Of a DNA stretch of 64,000 nucleotides, positions 36,544 to 47,306 are shown one piece after another. The notes under the pieces were generated by a model that did no database searches, was not told where the DNA came from, and was given only the letters and a program-made list of their open reading frames with translations. The translations under genes and the position numbers were made by a program. The number at the start of each line of letters is the position of its first letter. Within the stretch, counting starts at the first letter, position 1. Source of the DNA: Blepharisma stoltei ATCC 30299 (lineage: Eukaryota > Protista > Ciliophora); contig CBFDEM010000022.1 of NCBI GenBank assembly GCA_965603825.1, positions 326,975 through 390,974 of the forward strand, read 5' to 3'.

Positions 36544-37028
36544 TTCAATTTTAGGGTAAATTGTTTTATTATTGACCTATTTTTAATTTTATCTCTGTAA
36601 GTTTAGCCTGATGAAGTGTAAATGGTGGAGCTATTAAAATTTAATATCAATTTCTCAATAATTATTTAAATATTAAAGTTAACTTTGATAAATCCTTAAT
36701 AAGATTATTACATTAAAAAAATTAAACAAATTGATTTTAACTTAAAGTATCAATAAAGAAGCATAAAAATTCCAATATATAAAATTAATTGATTTAATAC
36801 ACTGATTTTTGTAGTTTTTTAGGATTTTTGTCTTTTCAGTCCAAAGTATCCATATTTAATTTTGCTATAGAGCTAAGTAAAATGGAAAATCTTAAAAGAT
36901 ATATCAAAATTCAACCTTCTTAAAATGGAATAAATTTAATATAAGAATAAATCCTATAACTATTAAATATCATATTTACACACATACACATATTTAATCA
37001 TTTTTCTCACCTTATATTATTTTTTAAA

Positions 37029-37784
37029 ATGATATCAACTACTAGTGATATAGACCTCGATTTATGTCTTGGGTCTCCACATCTATTCGAAGAGTCCAGT
37101 CTTAGCACTATGTGGAGCGAAGGCCAAGCTCCACAAATCCCTACTCAACCCTCTACAGTCAGCTCTCCATCAGCTCATTTTCCTCGGTCCAGAAATGGTT
37201 TAAAATCAATAAGTTGGAAGGTAAAGGACATCGTTGAGCGACAAGGCTCAACCTCCTATAAATCTGTTGCCGATGAGCTATTATCTGAACTTAATATTCC
37301 CACAACTGCGACTAAGGATGAAAAAAATATCAGACGACGAGTTTATGACGCATTAAACGTATTAATTGCTGCTGACGTTTTATGCAAAAACGGGAGATTT
37401 GTCGAAATTAAACACAAAAATAAAGAAAATTTCTCATGTGACAGTGAATCTGTCATAGAAAAGCGAAAAATCCTACAAGAACTTGTAGAAAAGGTGGGAT
37501 CTATGAAAGGGCTAATAAATAGGAACATGAAAAAATCGAAGCCCCAAGCGATTTTGAAGGTTCCTTTTGTAGTCTTGCTGACAGATAGCCCAATTGAGAG
37601 AGATTTGAAGCTGGAAATGAAAGTTTCTAGTAGAGGGATTGATGCAAATGTAAAATTCGATAAGCCATTTGAGGTATTAACTTCATATGAAGTAATAACA
37701 AAACTTTGTCTTCATAATCATTATGCAGATTTGCCTACTGAGGTGCTGAGAATTTGCAAAGGTACTTCGGAGGGTAAATTTTAA
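37029..37784 (+). CDS. E2F dimerisation partner (DP/TFDP family) transcription factor
   Basis: GLKSISWKVKDIVERQGSTSYKSVADEL, DEKNIRRRVYDALNVLIA, LINRN, LKVPFVVL. Confidence 0.92.
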   Translation: MISTTSDIDLDLCLGSPHLFEESSLSTMWSEGQAPQIPTQPSTVSSPSAHFPRSRNGLKSISWKVKDIVERQGSTSYKSVADELLSELNIPTTATKDEKNIRRRVYDALNVLIAADVLCKNGRFVEIKHKNKENFSCDSESVIEKRKILQELVEKVGSMKGLINRNMKKSKPQAILKVPFVVLLTDSPIERDLKLEMKVSSRGIDANVKFDKPFEVLTSYEVITKLCLHNHYADLPTEVLRICKGTSEGKF

Positions 37785-38002
37785 AATAAGATGTGAGTTG
37801 TATATATTTTAATAAAAATTGCAAAGGGTAGCATAATATAATTTATATAGGAATTATGATAATTTTAATATTTTATTACAAAAAAATTATATAGAATTTT
37901 ATAAAAATCCAAATTAATAGAAAATGTTGGATCAATTTATTCCTATTTCTTATTAAAGAAGAATTTTGCTTTATTGAAAATAGATTTTAATGACAAATAA
38001 AT

Positions 38003-38494
38003 ATGCTTAGCCAAGAAGCAGTTTGTAGCAAAATTACTGAAAATATTTATGTCGGAAACTGCAGCGCCGCAATCAACAAGGCTCTTATGAAATTCAACCA
38101 AATCACTCACATATTAGTCTGTGGTATTGGCCTACCCAACAACTACAACAGTGAGTTCACTTATAAGCATATAAAGGTGGAAGATACCCCATCATTCCGA
38201 ATCATTGAATTTTTTGATGAAAGTTCAAATTTCATCCAGGACGCCGTTTCATCAGGCGGGTCTATTTTTGTGCATTGTGCGATGGGAATTTCTAGAAGTG
38301 TCACTATTGTAGCAGCTTATTTAATTAAACAAAAGAGAATGAGCACAAATCAAGCCTTATCGTATATAAGGAGAAAGCACCCCAGGGCGAATCCTAATAA
38401 AGGATTCAAAAAGCAACTATCAGAATACAAACGAAAATTACTGGAAAGCCAAGACCATATAAATATAAAAGCTTGTAAATGCGACGTTTTTTAA
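38003..38494 (+). CDS. Atypical (small) dual-specificity phosphatase
   Basis: IYVGN, ITHIL, VHCAMGISRSVTIVAAYLI, PNKGFKKQL. Confidence 0.93.
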   Translation: MLSQEAVCSKITENIYVGNCSAAINKALMKFNQITHILVCGIGLPNNYNSEFTYKHIKVEDTPSFRIIEFFDESSNFIQDAVSSGGSIFVHCAMGISRSVTIVAAYLIKQKRMSTNQALSYIRRKHPRANPNKGFKKQLSEYKRKLLESQDHINIKACKCDVF

Positions 38495-39057
38495 TTATTT
38501 CTTGCTGTTCTTTCGAATTGAAGCTTCGCAGCCATAAAAGCCCAGACCATGAAATATACAAAAAAGCCTAAAATTGAGGCTAAAAATAAATAAAACCAAA
38601 TAATATTCCCTTTTCCTATACATTTTCCTGAAAGTGGGCAATGGTGATCATACCCTTCACAGCATAGCCCACAATCTTCACAATGTTCTGTTCCTTTTGC
38701 AGTCATAACATGACAAACTCTGCAAAAGCTTTTATTTTCAGCCTTCCCCAACTCAATTTCTTCTTGTGTGTCATTTACTACAATCCCAGGATTTTTCAGA
38801 GCGGTCATTAAATAGCTCATAAGGACTCAGGTGATTGCACTAAAGCCTATAAACTGCATAGTAGGATCTACCATAGGAGCCATAACTAAAACATTAAAAA
38901 TCATTGCAGAAATAATGATTGATAGTAGGCAAAGATTAAACATCCAGTCAGGGCCTATTGTATAGGTGATTTTGCCTTGAGAGTACCAGACAATGCATTT
39001 ACCAAGCTTGGAAATTCCTGATTTTTTTTGAAACTTAACCTCGCCGATTTCTTCCAT
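38491..39057 (-). CDS. Short DHHC-type palmitoyltransferase
   Basis: TIGPDW, TM helices, NPG, CRVC...HCEDCGLCCEGYDHHCPLSGKCIGKGN. Joined through TGA 38827. Confidence 0.9.
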
Positions 39058-39066
39058 TATTATAAG

Positions 39067-39954
39067 TTAATTACAATATTTATCAACTTTAACCTCAAAA
39101 CGGGTCCAGGTCCCAACTTTCATTAAACTAAGCTGGGAATATTCTAAACCAGCTTCTTTTTCTTCTTCTAAAACGTCTTTGTTATCATCTTCTGCAATAT
39201 ATGAATAAATACAGTTAATGAAACCGAATCGCTGGGTGTTATAGAGATTAGTCTCACACATTATGCATTTTTCTTCTTTTAAGGACGATGATTCCATCAA
39301 TAAATCAAAAGTCCCCAAGCCTTTACTTATGTAGACAACCTGCTTGTAAGCTGCACAGGAAGGATTCATGCAGAGGCCTTCTTTAGTGAGACCAGTTTTT
39401 TTAATTTTTCATGAGCTTGGTGTGCAGGACCCATGAGTTTCTGATTGAAATATTATATGAATTTGGGATTTTTTAGAATATGGAAAACTATCATCCATAG
39501 TAACTTCTGTGTCGTTTATAATAATCCGGCAGTCTGACCTCGCACAACAGCTTTTGGCTTTTAAAATTTCAGTTTTAAGGCAATCAACTGTAAAATTCTT
39601 TGGTAGCTGGATGCAAGTTGAAGAATCAGAGCAACAGTGTACAGAAAGAGTTATGGAAATTTTATCTTTATTTTTGGGAACTACAAGTGCTGTCATTTTT
39701 TCAGAATTCGCACTATTTAAATCAGCAAGTGTTACATGGTCTTTATGACCATAAACTTTCCCACGAAATTTAACAAGAACTTTGTAATTTTCTACGGTGT
39801 ATGACAAAGGTAAAAAGGACTTAAGATCCTCGCAAATGCTTTTCATCGGGTAATCGCGCCGAACCCGCAGTCGCAAATTTGTGGTTTGGAAGAACCGGGA
39901 ATCGAGCGTGAAGTCAACGCTCACACTCATTTGTCCTTCGTTGCAGACACCCAT
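39067..39954 (-). CDS. Protein with ubiquitin-like-fold N-terminal region(s) and an uncharacterised Cys-rich C-terminal domain
   Basis: Joined through TGA 39409. TVDCLKTEIL...CRIIIN pattern; C-terminal WKIKKTGLTKEGLCMNPSCAAY...GTFDL...CIMC...GFINC. Confidence 0.7.
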
Positions 39955-40250
39955 ATTTTATATCAAATTAAGAATATTGGTTTATAATAAAGCATGACAA
40001 GAGCCGTCAAATTGGTTAATAAAATTTTAACATCAATAATCGAAATTTTAAGGCAGGAAATGAAATAAATCAATTCAAAGAAGGCGAAGAATTTTCATAG
40101 AATATCACAGAAAAAATAGGGAAAACTTTTGACAAATTTGCTCAAAATCGTGAAATTTTCTATAGGAAAGTTAGAAAATTGAAAATTTAATCATTTCTTA
40201 ATACAGAATTTTAATCAACAAAATTTTCTTATAAAAATGAAGCCTTCAGA

Positions 40251-40258
40251 TGACGTCA
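40251..40258. promoter_or_regulatory. Candidate CRE-like palindrome TGACGTCA
   Basis: Perfect palindrome in an AT-rich intergenic region, ~300 bp upstream of the ATG at 39954. Confidence 0.25.
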
Positions 40259-40363
40259 AATAAAATCAAGAATAGCTATATTTAATAATCTCCAAAAACT
40301 ATCAAAAATTTCTTTATAAAGTTAATTTTTTCGACAAATTTTCTCTCCAAAATTCATTATTAT

Positions 40364-41191
40364 TTACATTATAATATTTTCGCTTTTCCTTCTGTTATGC
40401 CCTTTGCTTGGTTTCGGCTTAAAAATCACACTGTCTTCTTGCTCTTGAAAATTGATCTCAGGTATATAAGAGCAATCAGGAATATCCTGCATAAAAAAGC
40501 TTCCTGGACCGTTCTGTGTTTTACTTGACGTGATGCTTCCTAGCAGCAAATCTGATAACCTCGCCGTACTTATCATGTCTTCTTTAATGAATAAATCTGA
40601 TTCAAAACTTCCCATTTTGCTATTGATTCTTTCTAGCAATGAGTTTTTTAATTTTCTCAAATTTTCTTGTTTGCTATTTTTGGTGAATTCGTCATTTTGT
40701 TCGATAATGTCAATCATATCTTGGAATTCTTGGATTCCACGATTAGAGTTTGACTCGTCTTCGCTTTCTTGGCTTATAAGTCGAGGCTCGTCAATCTTTT
40801 CTTCTATTTCATTCAAAATTGGTAGGCTCATTTCTTCACTATATTTTGCTGCCTTTAAAATTGATTTGATTTTCTGGCTGCCGTCTACTTCTACTTCTGG
40901 AATTTTATTAGATAATGCCGAAAAATAAGCCTGTGTTCCAGAAATAGTACGCTTATGGCTTGGCTTCGGGTGGTTTGAGAGTGGTGGCTTTAATGAAAAT
41001 TCATCCATGGAATATGTGCTTCTGTGAGTAGGGCTTTTTTTCACCTCATTAAATAACAGTTTTGGGTCTCGTTTATTAGGAAGCTGCAAAAATTGAGAAT
41101 TATTTGATTGTGAAGATGTGTGTGTAGACTCTGATATTGGATTAAATAGTCTTTCTGTAGGAGTGATATTAGTTAGGTTTGAGAATTTCAT
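40364..41191 (-). CDS. Hypothetical Ser-rich protein
   Basis: 275-aa ORF; no recognisable domain. Confidence 0.7.
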   Translation of the reverse strand: MKFSNLTNITPTERLFNPISESTHTSSQSNNSQFLQLPNKRDPKLLFNEVKKSPTHRSTYSMDEFSLKPPLSNHPKPSHKRTISGTQAYFSALSNKIPEVEVDGSQKIKSILKAAKYSEEMSLPILNEIEEKIDEPRLISQESEDESNSNRGIQEFQDMIDIIEQNDEFTKNSKQENLRKLKNSLLERINSKMGSFESDLFIKEDMISTARLSDLLLGSITSSKTQNGPGSFFMQDIPDCSYIPEINFQEQEDSVIFKPKPSKGHNRRKSENIIM

Positions 41192-42220
41192 TTTATTATA
41201 AGACTGAGATTTTCTTATGAAAATGGTGGGATTAAGGGTAAAGAGGATGAGAATTGATGAGTAAATAAAAATAAAATGAGATTGGAATGCAAATTTATAT
41301 GATTTGTCTGAGGAAAATTTAATTTATAATCGTTAAGTTTATTGTGCATTACTGAATATTATTAAATATGTTGATAAAATTAAGGAATTATGGGTTTTTG
41401 AGTAAAATTTAAGATTTTTTAAATATTTTGAGGAGGTTTTACATTTAATTTTTGATTTAATCTGAGACTTTAGCATCTATTATGACTATGTTTAAAACTT
41501 TATTTATCGTAAAAGTTTCTTATGCGAGAATTCAGAGGTCAATTACATTTCAAACCGAATAAAGTAAAATCGTTCGGATTATTGATAAAATTGCTATCCC
41601 TTTATTATTCTTTGATATCTCTGGATATTCTAATTGATGCCATCAATCATATACTATTAAGCTCTCTTAAACGTATTTAGCAGTTTCTAATATTCTTCTA
41701 CGTTAAGCTTCGATTATGCTTCTATTTCTTCCATAAACTCTCTTTTTTTTCTTTAAAATTCTAAGAATTCCTTTTTTTCCATTTCTTTAATTAAGGGTTG
41801 CCCTATATTGCCATTCTATTTTATTAATTTTCAAGCTATATTCAATGCTTTTTAAAAAACTTGATCTCCAATGGCCCTTATCTTTGATGATTAATTTTTA
41901 AAATAGACTATCAACAAATAGATTCCCACGACTAAGAGGAAAGATCTCAATAAATATTCCTATAAATGCAATCCCTAGTCAATTAATCGTGCTGGTAGCA
42001 GCTAAAGAAGCTTATTTCACAATAAGCCTATAAATTATGCTAAATGATCACAATTTCAAAACTTTATAAAGTATGCATAAAGAAGAAAATTAAATCCTAT
42101 TAAAAAATCACTTAATGAATGATTTTACTTTAAAATTGATAAAAAGCCTCGCCATTAGTAATGCTGCATCTTACTTAAATAATCGGAGTTATCTTGATAG
42201 TTTAAATTAAATAAATCCTA

Positions 42221-43981
42221 TTAAACTATATGATAGACTTTTTCGACAGCATTAATAAAGATTTGTGTGCTCACAACCTTCTCCAAGAACTTTACATCCC
42301 CAGATGGTGCATTATCTATCAAAATTTTCCCCAGTTCTTCTATATCCAAATATTTGCTCTCCAATCTGGATGGCTGCCTTGGCAGCAGTTCAAGTATACT
42401 CTGCCAATATCTTCCAATTTCATCTATAATTCCATCATAAGCATTTTTCTGGTCGCTTGATGGGGTATAGCAGACTCTTCCAGTGAATTTTTTATAAGGA
42501 ACACTCAAAACATTTTTTAAATTATTCGCAAATGGCTCTTTCACTGACTTAGATATCGCATTTGTCCTTAAAATTCTTTTAGATATTTTTGGCTCATCCA
42601 AAATTACTCATATAATATGTGAATATTTTTTATTTGTGTATGACTGAGGCGCTGTTGGAAGTCCCACAAGCAAAGGAACTGGGGCTTCTAAGACATCTTT
42701 TAATGACTCAGGCAAAATTGGGGTCAATAAATGTGTCCAGTTAAATGGCCTCAATAGTGAATAAAATCCTAAGACACAACTACTGACATAGTCAAGGTTT
42801 CTGCTTACAAAGACTACAGATTTTTCTTGAATTAATGCGCATAAAAGCCAGAAAAAGTCTTTAAATTCTAATAGAGAAAATAATAAAGGGCAAAAATAAG
42901 AAGAGTCCAATAAAGATAAATCACTAGGAAGTGAATAGTATATATCATTAATCGAATGCAGATTTATCATTATTTGCAAGGTTGGTATAAGCGAATAATT
43001 TGTATAGTAATCCTGCAATAATCCAATTTCTTCATCACTAATCATCCTCTGCTTTCGAAAAACAGACTCAATAGACCCTCGATTATAAGGAGAGCGCTCT
43101 GAAATGCTGCTTAGTCTTTGAATCTGCTTTATAGCAAGAATTTTATAAAGAATCTCAAAGTGAAGCTCAAATGTAGGGCAATATGATACTAAGCAGTAGC
43201 ATTTTGGAATTATTATATGTGTGTTTTCAATTTGTTGGTCAGTGCTAAGATCTTCGATAATGACACAACAGCAATATAAAAGCTCTTTTTCAGAATTTGC
43301 CATATTCTCATAAGGGAATTTTTCTTCAGTGCTATTTGATTTTAATGTAAACACAAAGCTGTTCCCTTCTCTCTTTTGATGTGGCCTCAATACCTCATGC
43401 ACATCACTGGCAGACTCTGTGAGCCCTAAATATCTTACTGTAACCCCTGATGGAAATGAAAAATTCCCGATTGCTCTATATTGTGGGCTTGAATTTGTGA
43501 TGTTTCTGGATGGGTACTGATAAAGAACTTCTGCCTCAGCGATTGTTCCAGGCCTGACTTTTCGGTCTTCGCTGATACCTAAAATAAAAAATTCTTCGAA
43601 AAGTTTGTTGGCTTTTGGGGTGTTGCTTTCTCTAGAAAAAGGGTTAAGCTGGCCTTCGGTTTCTTTATGGAGCATTTGTTTCATACTTAGAGCCTTGCTA
43701 ATTGAGGATTGGAGTGTGTTGCTGGAGCCGCATAAAGTTTGGGCTAATTCGTCGATTTGTTGATTAGGGATAGTTAAATAATCTAACTGCTGTCTTTGCG
43801 ACAAAGCTTTGATTTGAGATTGAAGATTTTCTATCAATTCTTGGTCTTTTTTACTTCTTTCTGAGGCCTCAGTAAGAGACGCAATTAACTCAGCATTTTT
43901 TTCACGCAGCTGCTGATTTTGGTTTAAAATGCTGAAATATCGATCTCTTCAGTAGAGAATCTCATCATCTTTGCTTTGCAT
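42221..43981 (-). CDS. DENN-domain Rab GEF with N-terminal coiled coil
   Basis: LFEEFFILG, VLYQYP, FSFPSG, FVFTL, PKCYCLVS, LIQEKSVVFVS, LLRPFNWTHLLTPILP...LEAPVPLLVG, TQIFINAVE. ATG 43981, TGA=Trp. Confidence 0.92.
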
Positions 43982-44118
43982 TTTTATAGGAGATTAATAA
44001 GATATTCTAATAATTATCGTATAAAATAAAAATATAATTAAGCACGATGCTCTCTGATTTCTTGTATTTTTAGAGAAAATTTTTACTAAATTTTCTTGAA
44101 AATTACATATAAATAAAA

Positions 44119-45027
44119 ATGAGCTCGGTTCGTGAAATAGAAATCAGCGAAGCTATCTGTGGCAAGACTAGCCTTTATTCTTTCCCTTCTCAAAGCGCTA
44201 CTAACGCAAATACCATGAAGCTTCCGCAATGCTCGTTATCAGAACCAATTCTCAGGATACGAAATCTCTCAAAAATATACAAAATGCCAGGACGAGAGGA
44301 GTCTGTTATTGCACTGAAAAGTATCAATCTCGTCGAATCAACTGAATTCGGCCCAATTCGTGAAGGCGAATTCATCATAATTCGTGGACCATCTGGAGGT
44401 GGCAAAACTACTCTTCTCAACATGATTGGGACTATCGACACCCCCACTGAAGGCGAAATCGAGCTATTTGGGACGTTTATCTCTAAAAATTCCTCTGACA
44501 GCTATTTATCCAAGCTCAGACTTGAACATATAGGTTTTGTGTTCCAGTCGTTTAACTTACTCGCTACTATGACAGCGTTCGAAAACGTTGCTCTTCCTAT
44601 GAACCTACTAGGAAAACTGAATAAAAAAGAAATCAGACTGAAGGTCAGAAGCTTATTGACAAAAGTAGGGCTTCAGGACAGGATGGACCATTTACCCTCA
44701 GAACTATCTGGAGGTGAGCAGCAAAGAGTTGCTATAGCAAGAGCTCTTGCAAACAGTCCCGAATTGCTGCTGCTAGATGAGCCTACTGGAGATTTAGATA
44801 GCCGAAGCACTGTAGATGTCATGAATTTACTATTAGATATAAATATGGGGAAGACTGGAGAAAGGCCTACTACCTGCATTATGGTTACACATAATCCTGA
44901 ACTTGAGTGTTACGCTGATAGAATTTTGTACGTGAAGGATGGGGAATTCCAATTCCAAGCCTACAATAGTGAAAAAACACCTTTGGTTTATGAAGATTAT
45001 GTCGCATTTTTAGATGTTAATCCTTAA
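44119..45027 (+). CDS. Stand-alone ABC ATPase of the LolD/MacB/FtsE type
   Basis: GPSGGGKT, IGFVFQSFNLL, TAFENV, ELSGGEQQRVAIARAL, LLLDEPTGDLD, MVTHN. Confidence 0.93.
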   Translation: MSSVREIEISEAICGKTSLYSFPSQSATNANTMKLPQCSLSEPILRIRNLSKIYKMPGREESVIALKSINLVESTEFGPIREGEFIIIRGPSGGGKTTLLNMIGTIDTPTEGEIELFGTFISKNSSDSYLSKLRLEHIGFVFQSFNLLATMTAFENVALPMNLLGKLNKKEIRLKVRSLLTKVGLQDRMDHLPSELSGGEQQRVAIARALANSPELLLLDEPTGDLDSRSTVDVMNLLLDINMGKTGERPTTCIMVTHNPELECYADRILYVKDGEFQFQAYNSEKTPLVYEDYVAFLDVNP

Positions 45028-45039
45028 TTTATTAATAAA

Positions 45040-45729
45040 ATGAGAAAAACTATCATCGCTCCTTCTGTTTTGTCAGCTAATTTATCATGCTTATTAGAAG
45101 ACTCACGCAATGTGATTGACCAAGGTGCTGACTGGATACATTTGGATGTGATGGATGGACACTTTGTCCCAAATTTGTCATTTGGGCCACCAGTTATAAA
45201 GTCATTGAGGGATGGGATTTCCGATGTCTTTTTTGATTGTCATATGATGGTAAGTCATCCTTGGAATTGGGTAGAGGCTGTAAAAAAGGCTGGAGGCTCT
45301 GGCTATACTTTTCATATAGAAACAACTCCGGAGGAGTCTCAATTTTTTGGATTATTAAATGATATCAGAGCTAAAGGGATGAAAACTGGAATAGCCTTGA
45401 AACCAGGAACACAGCTTTCAGAGATGCTTTATGATGGAATTAGGAGAGGATTAATTGATATGGTATTGATTATGACGGTAGAACCAGGGTTTTCAGGGCA
45501 GAAATTTATGGCTGATATGATGGAAAAAGTAAGAAGCCTTAGGAGAGATTTTCCAGAGCTGAATGTTGAAGTAGATGGAGGGGTGAAGGTGGAAAATATT
45601 GATATAGTTGCTGATGCTGGAGCAAATGTAATTGTTTCAGCAACTGGGGTTTTTGAGCATCCAAATCCAAGAGAAGCAATTAGAGTTATGAGAGAGAGTA
45701 TAGATAGTAAACAAAATAATAGTAATTAG
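45040..45729 (+). CDS. RPE: Ribulose-phosphate 3-epimerase
   Basis: IAPSVL, HLDVMDGHFVPNLSFG, DCHMMV, MTVEPGFSGQKFM, EVDGG. Confidence 0.96.
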   Translation: MRKTIIAPSVLSANLSCLLEDSRNVIDQGADWIHLDVMDGHFVPNLSFGPPVIKSLRDGISDVFFDCHMMVSHPWNWVEAVKKAGGSGYTFHIETTPEESQFFGLLNDIRAKGMKTGIALKPGTQLSEMLYDGIRRGLIDMVLIMTVEPGFSGQKFMADMMEKVRSLRRDFPELNVEVDGGVKVENIDIVADAGANVIVSATGVFEHPNPREAIRVMRESIDSKQNNSN

Positions 45730-46436
45730 GGAATTTTTATGGGTTTACTAAAATCTCCCTTTAATGGTTGGAAGCCAACTTAGCCTTCATATTTTCTAAT
45801 CTTTAAGGCAGATAAATTATTATCTCTTCTGCAGCAATAATTCCAGCGAATACTCAACATATTGTTAAGTTTTATAGAAAAATCCCTTTAATAGTTCATA
45901 AGCAAGGAATTCGCCCACTCATCGAACTATTCATAGGAATTAAGTATAATAGATCTTGTTGACTTAATGTATAATAAACATATATTTCCTCTTCTAAACT
46001 ACAAATTTGATGATTTTTAAACTCTTTATTTATTTCAATTTAAATATATATAGCAATTGAATAGCAGTTTTGGTCTCATATTCAATTATATGAAAGATAA
46101 AGCTTAAAGCGACGGGAGATAACAGAATGCTCTCTTGATGAGGCAATTGAACTTTAAGGATAATGCGAACTGGAGTGAATATCGAGCTGAAAATTAAGTT
46201 CAGCATCAGGAGATGAGCATCGGTAGTTCAGCCGCTGAGCTTCAAAATGGAGGAGATTGAGATGCCAATATTTCTTTTAATGCTTGAGTAATTCATCAAT
46301 TGAGAAACCAGGGATTTAAACACAACCAAATTCCATCTAAATTTATAACTAAGAGTGATTATAATTTTCCTATAGATTTTTGATGTGTATTAATTACTAT
46401 TTTAATTATTCCATTGATAAGTTCACTGATATTTAA

Positions 46437-47306
46437 ATGGCCCATACGCTATTTCCACTCCCTTATTCCTATACAGCTCTTGAACCTCATATGGATGCTA
46501 GAACTCTTGAAGTCCATTATACAGCTCATCACAATTCTTATGTGACCAAGCTAAATGCAGCTCTTGCTGATTTCCCGGACAAAGCCAATCTCGATCTTAC
46601 TGCTTTGCAGCATCTTGTATCAGGCACTAACCCTGCTGTCATCAACAACGCAGGTGGACACTATAATCACACTCTTTTTTGGCAGAATATGGGCCCTGTT
46701 GGTTCTTCAAACCCAGCTCCATTTGGAGAACTTGCTGCCAAAATTGATCAAAAATTTGGCTCATTTCAAGCTTTTAAAGAGCAATTTACAGCTGCCGCTG
46801 TTAATAAATTTGCATCTGGTTGGGCATTTTTGACTGTCAAGCAGGATGGGACGCTTGAAGTCCATAACACTCCTGGACATGAAAACCCTCTCATGGACGG
46901 AATTGGAACAGTCCATGGAGTCCCAATTCTGACTTGTGATGTTTGGGAGCATGCCTATTATTTGAAATATCAACAGAGGAGGCCTGAATTTGTGGAAAAT
47001 TGGTGGAAAATTGTCAACTGGGATGCCGTGGTGAAAAATTATGAAAATTATGCAAAGAAAGGGCAGGCAGTGCCATTTGCTAGACCTGCTAAGAAAAGTG
47101 GGTGCTGTAGTATTTTTTTTACAAAAGAGATAGAATATGATTACCATTCTCTGGTTAATCTAAACTTGCTTAAAAACTTAAGCGCTATGACTGGTTTTCC
47201 ATTTTCAAAAGTAGTTGATTGTAGCATCAAGTTGGAGGAGATTGGTTATATCTTAGATGAGCTTGACCTTGAAACTATAGGGAGCTTGATGATAAGTATG
47301 GAATAA
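46437..47306 (+). CDS. Fe/Mn superoxide dismutase without transit peptide, with an atypical C-terminal extension
   Basis: LPYSYTALEPH, HHNSYV, NNAGGHYNHTLFW, FASGWAFL, DVWEHAYYLKY. The SOD core ends near 47050; the true 3' end is uncertain. Confidence 0.9.
   Translation: MAHTLFPLPYSYTALEPHMDARTLEVHYTAHHNSYVTKLNAALADFPDKANLDLTALQHLVSGTNPAVINNAGGHYNHTLFWQNMGPVGSSNPAPFGELAAKIDQKFGSFQAFKEQFTAAAVNKFASGWAFLTVKQDGTLEVHNTPGHENPLMDGIGTVHGVPILTCDVWEHAYYLKYQQRRPEFVENWWKIVNWDAVVKNYENYAKKGQAVPFARPAKKSGCCSIFFTKEIEYDYHSLVNLNLLKNLSAMTGFPFSKVVDCSIKLEEIGYILDELDLETIGSLMISME

Noticed and set aside
8788-44879. Short antisense or alternate-frame ORFs (e.g. 8788, 15040, 25433, 29402, 31662, 40530, 44190, 44673)
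   Set aside because: They are shadows of well-supported genes on the opposite strand or frame, with no independent motifs.
47107-47127. Possible intron removing the T-run after the SOD CaaX-like motif
   Set aside because: No GT..AG of 15-16 nt with A at -6 fits at this position.
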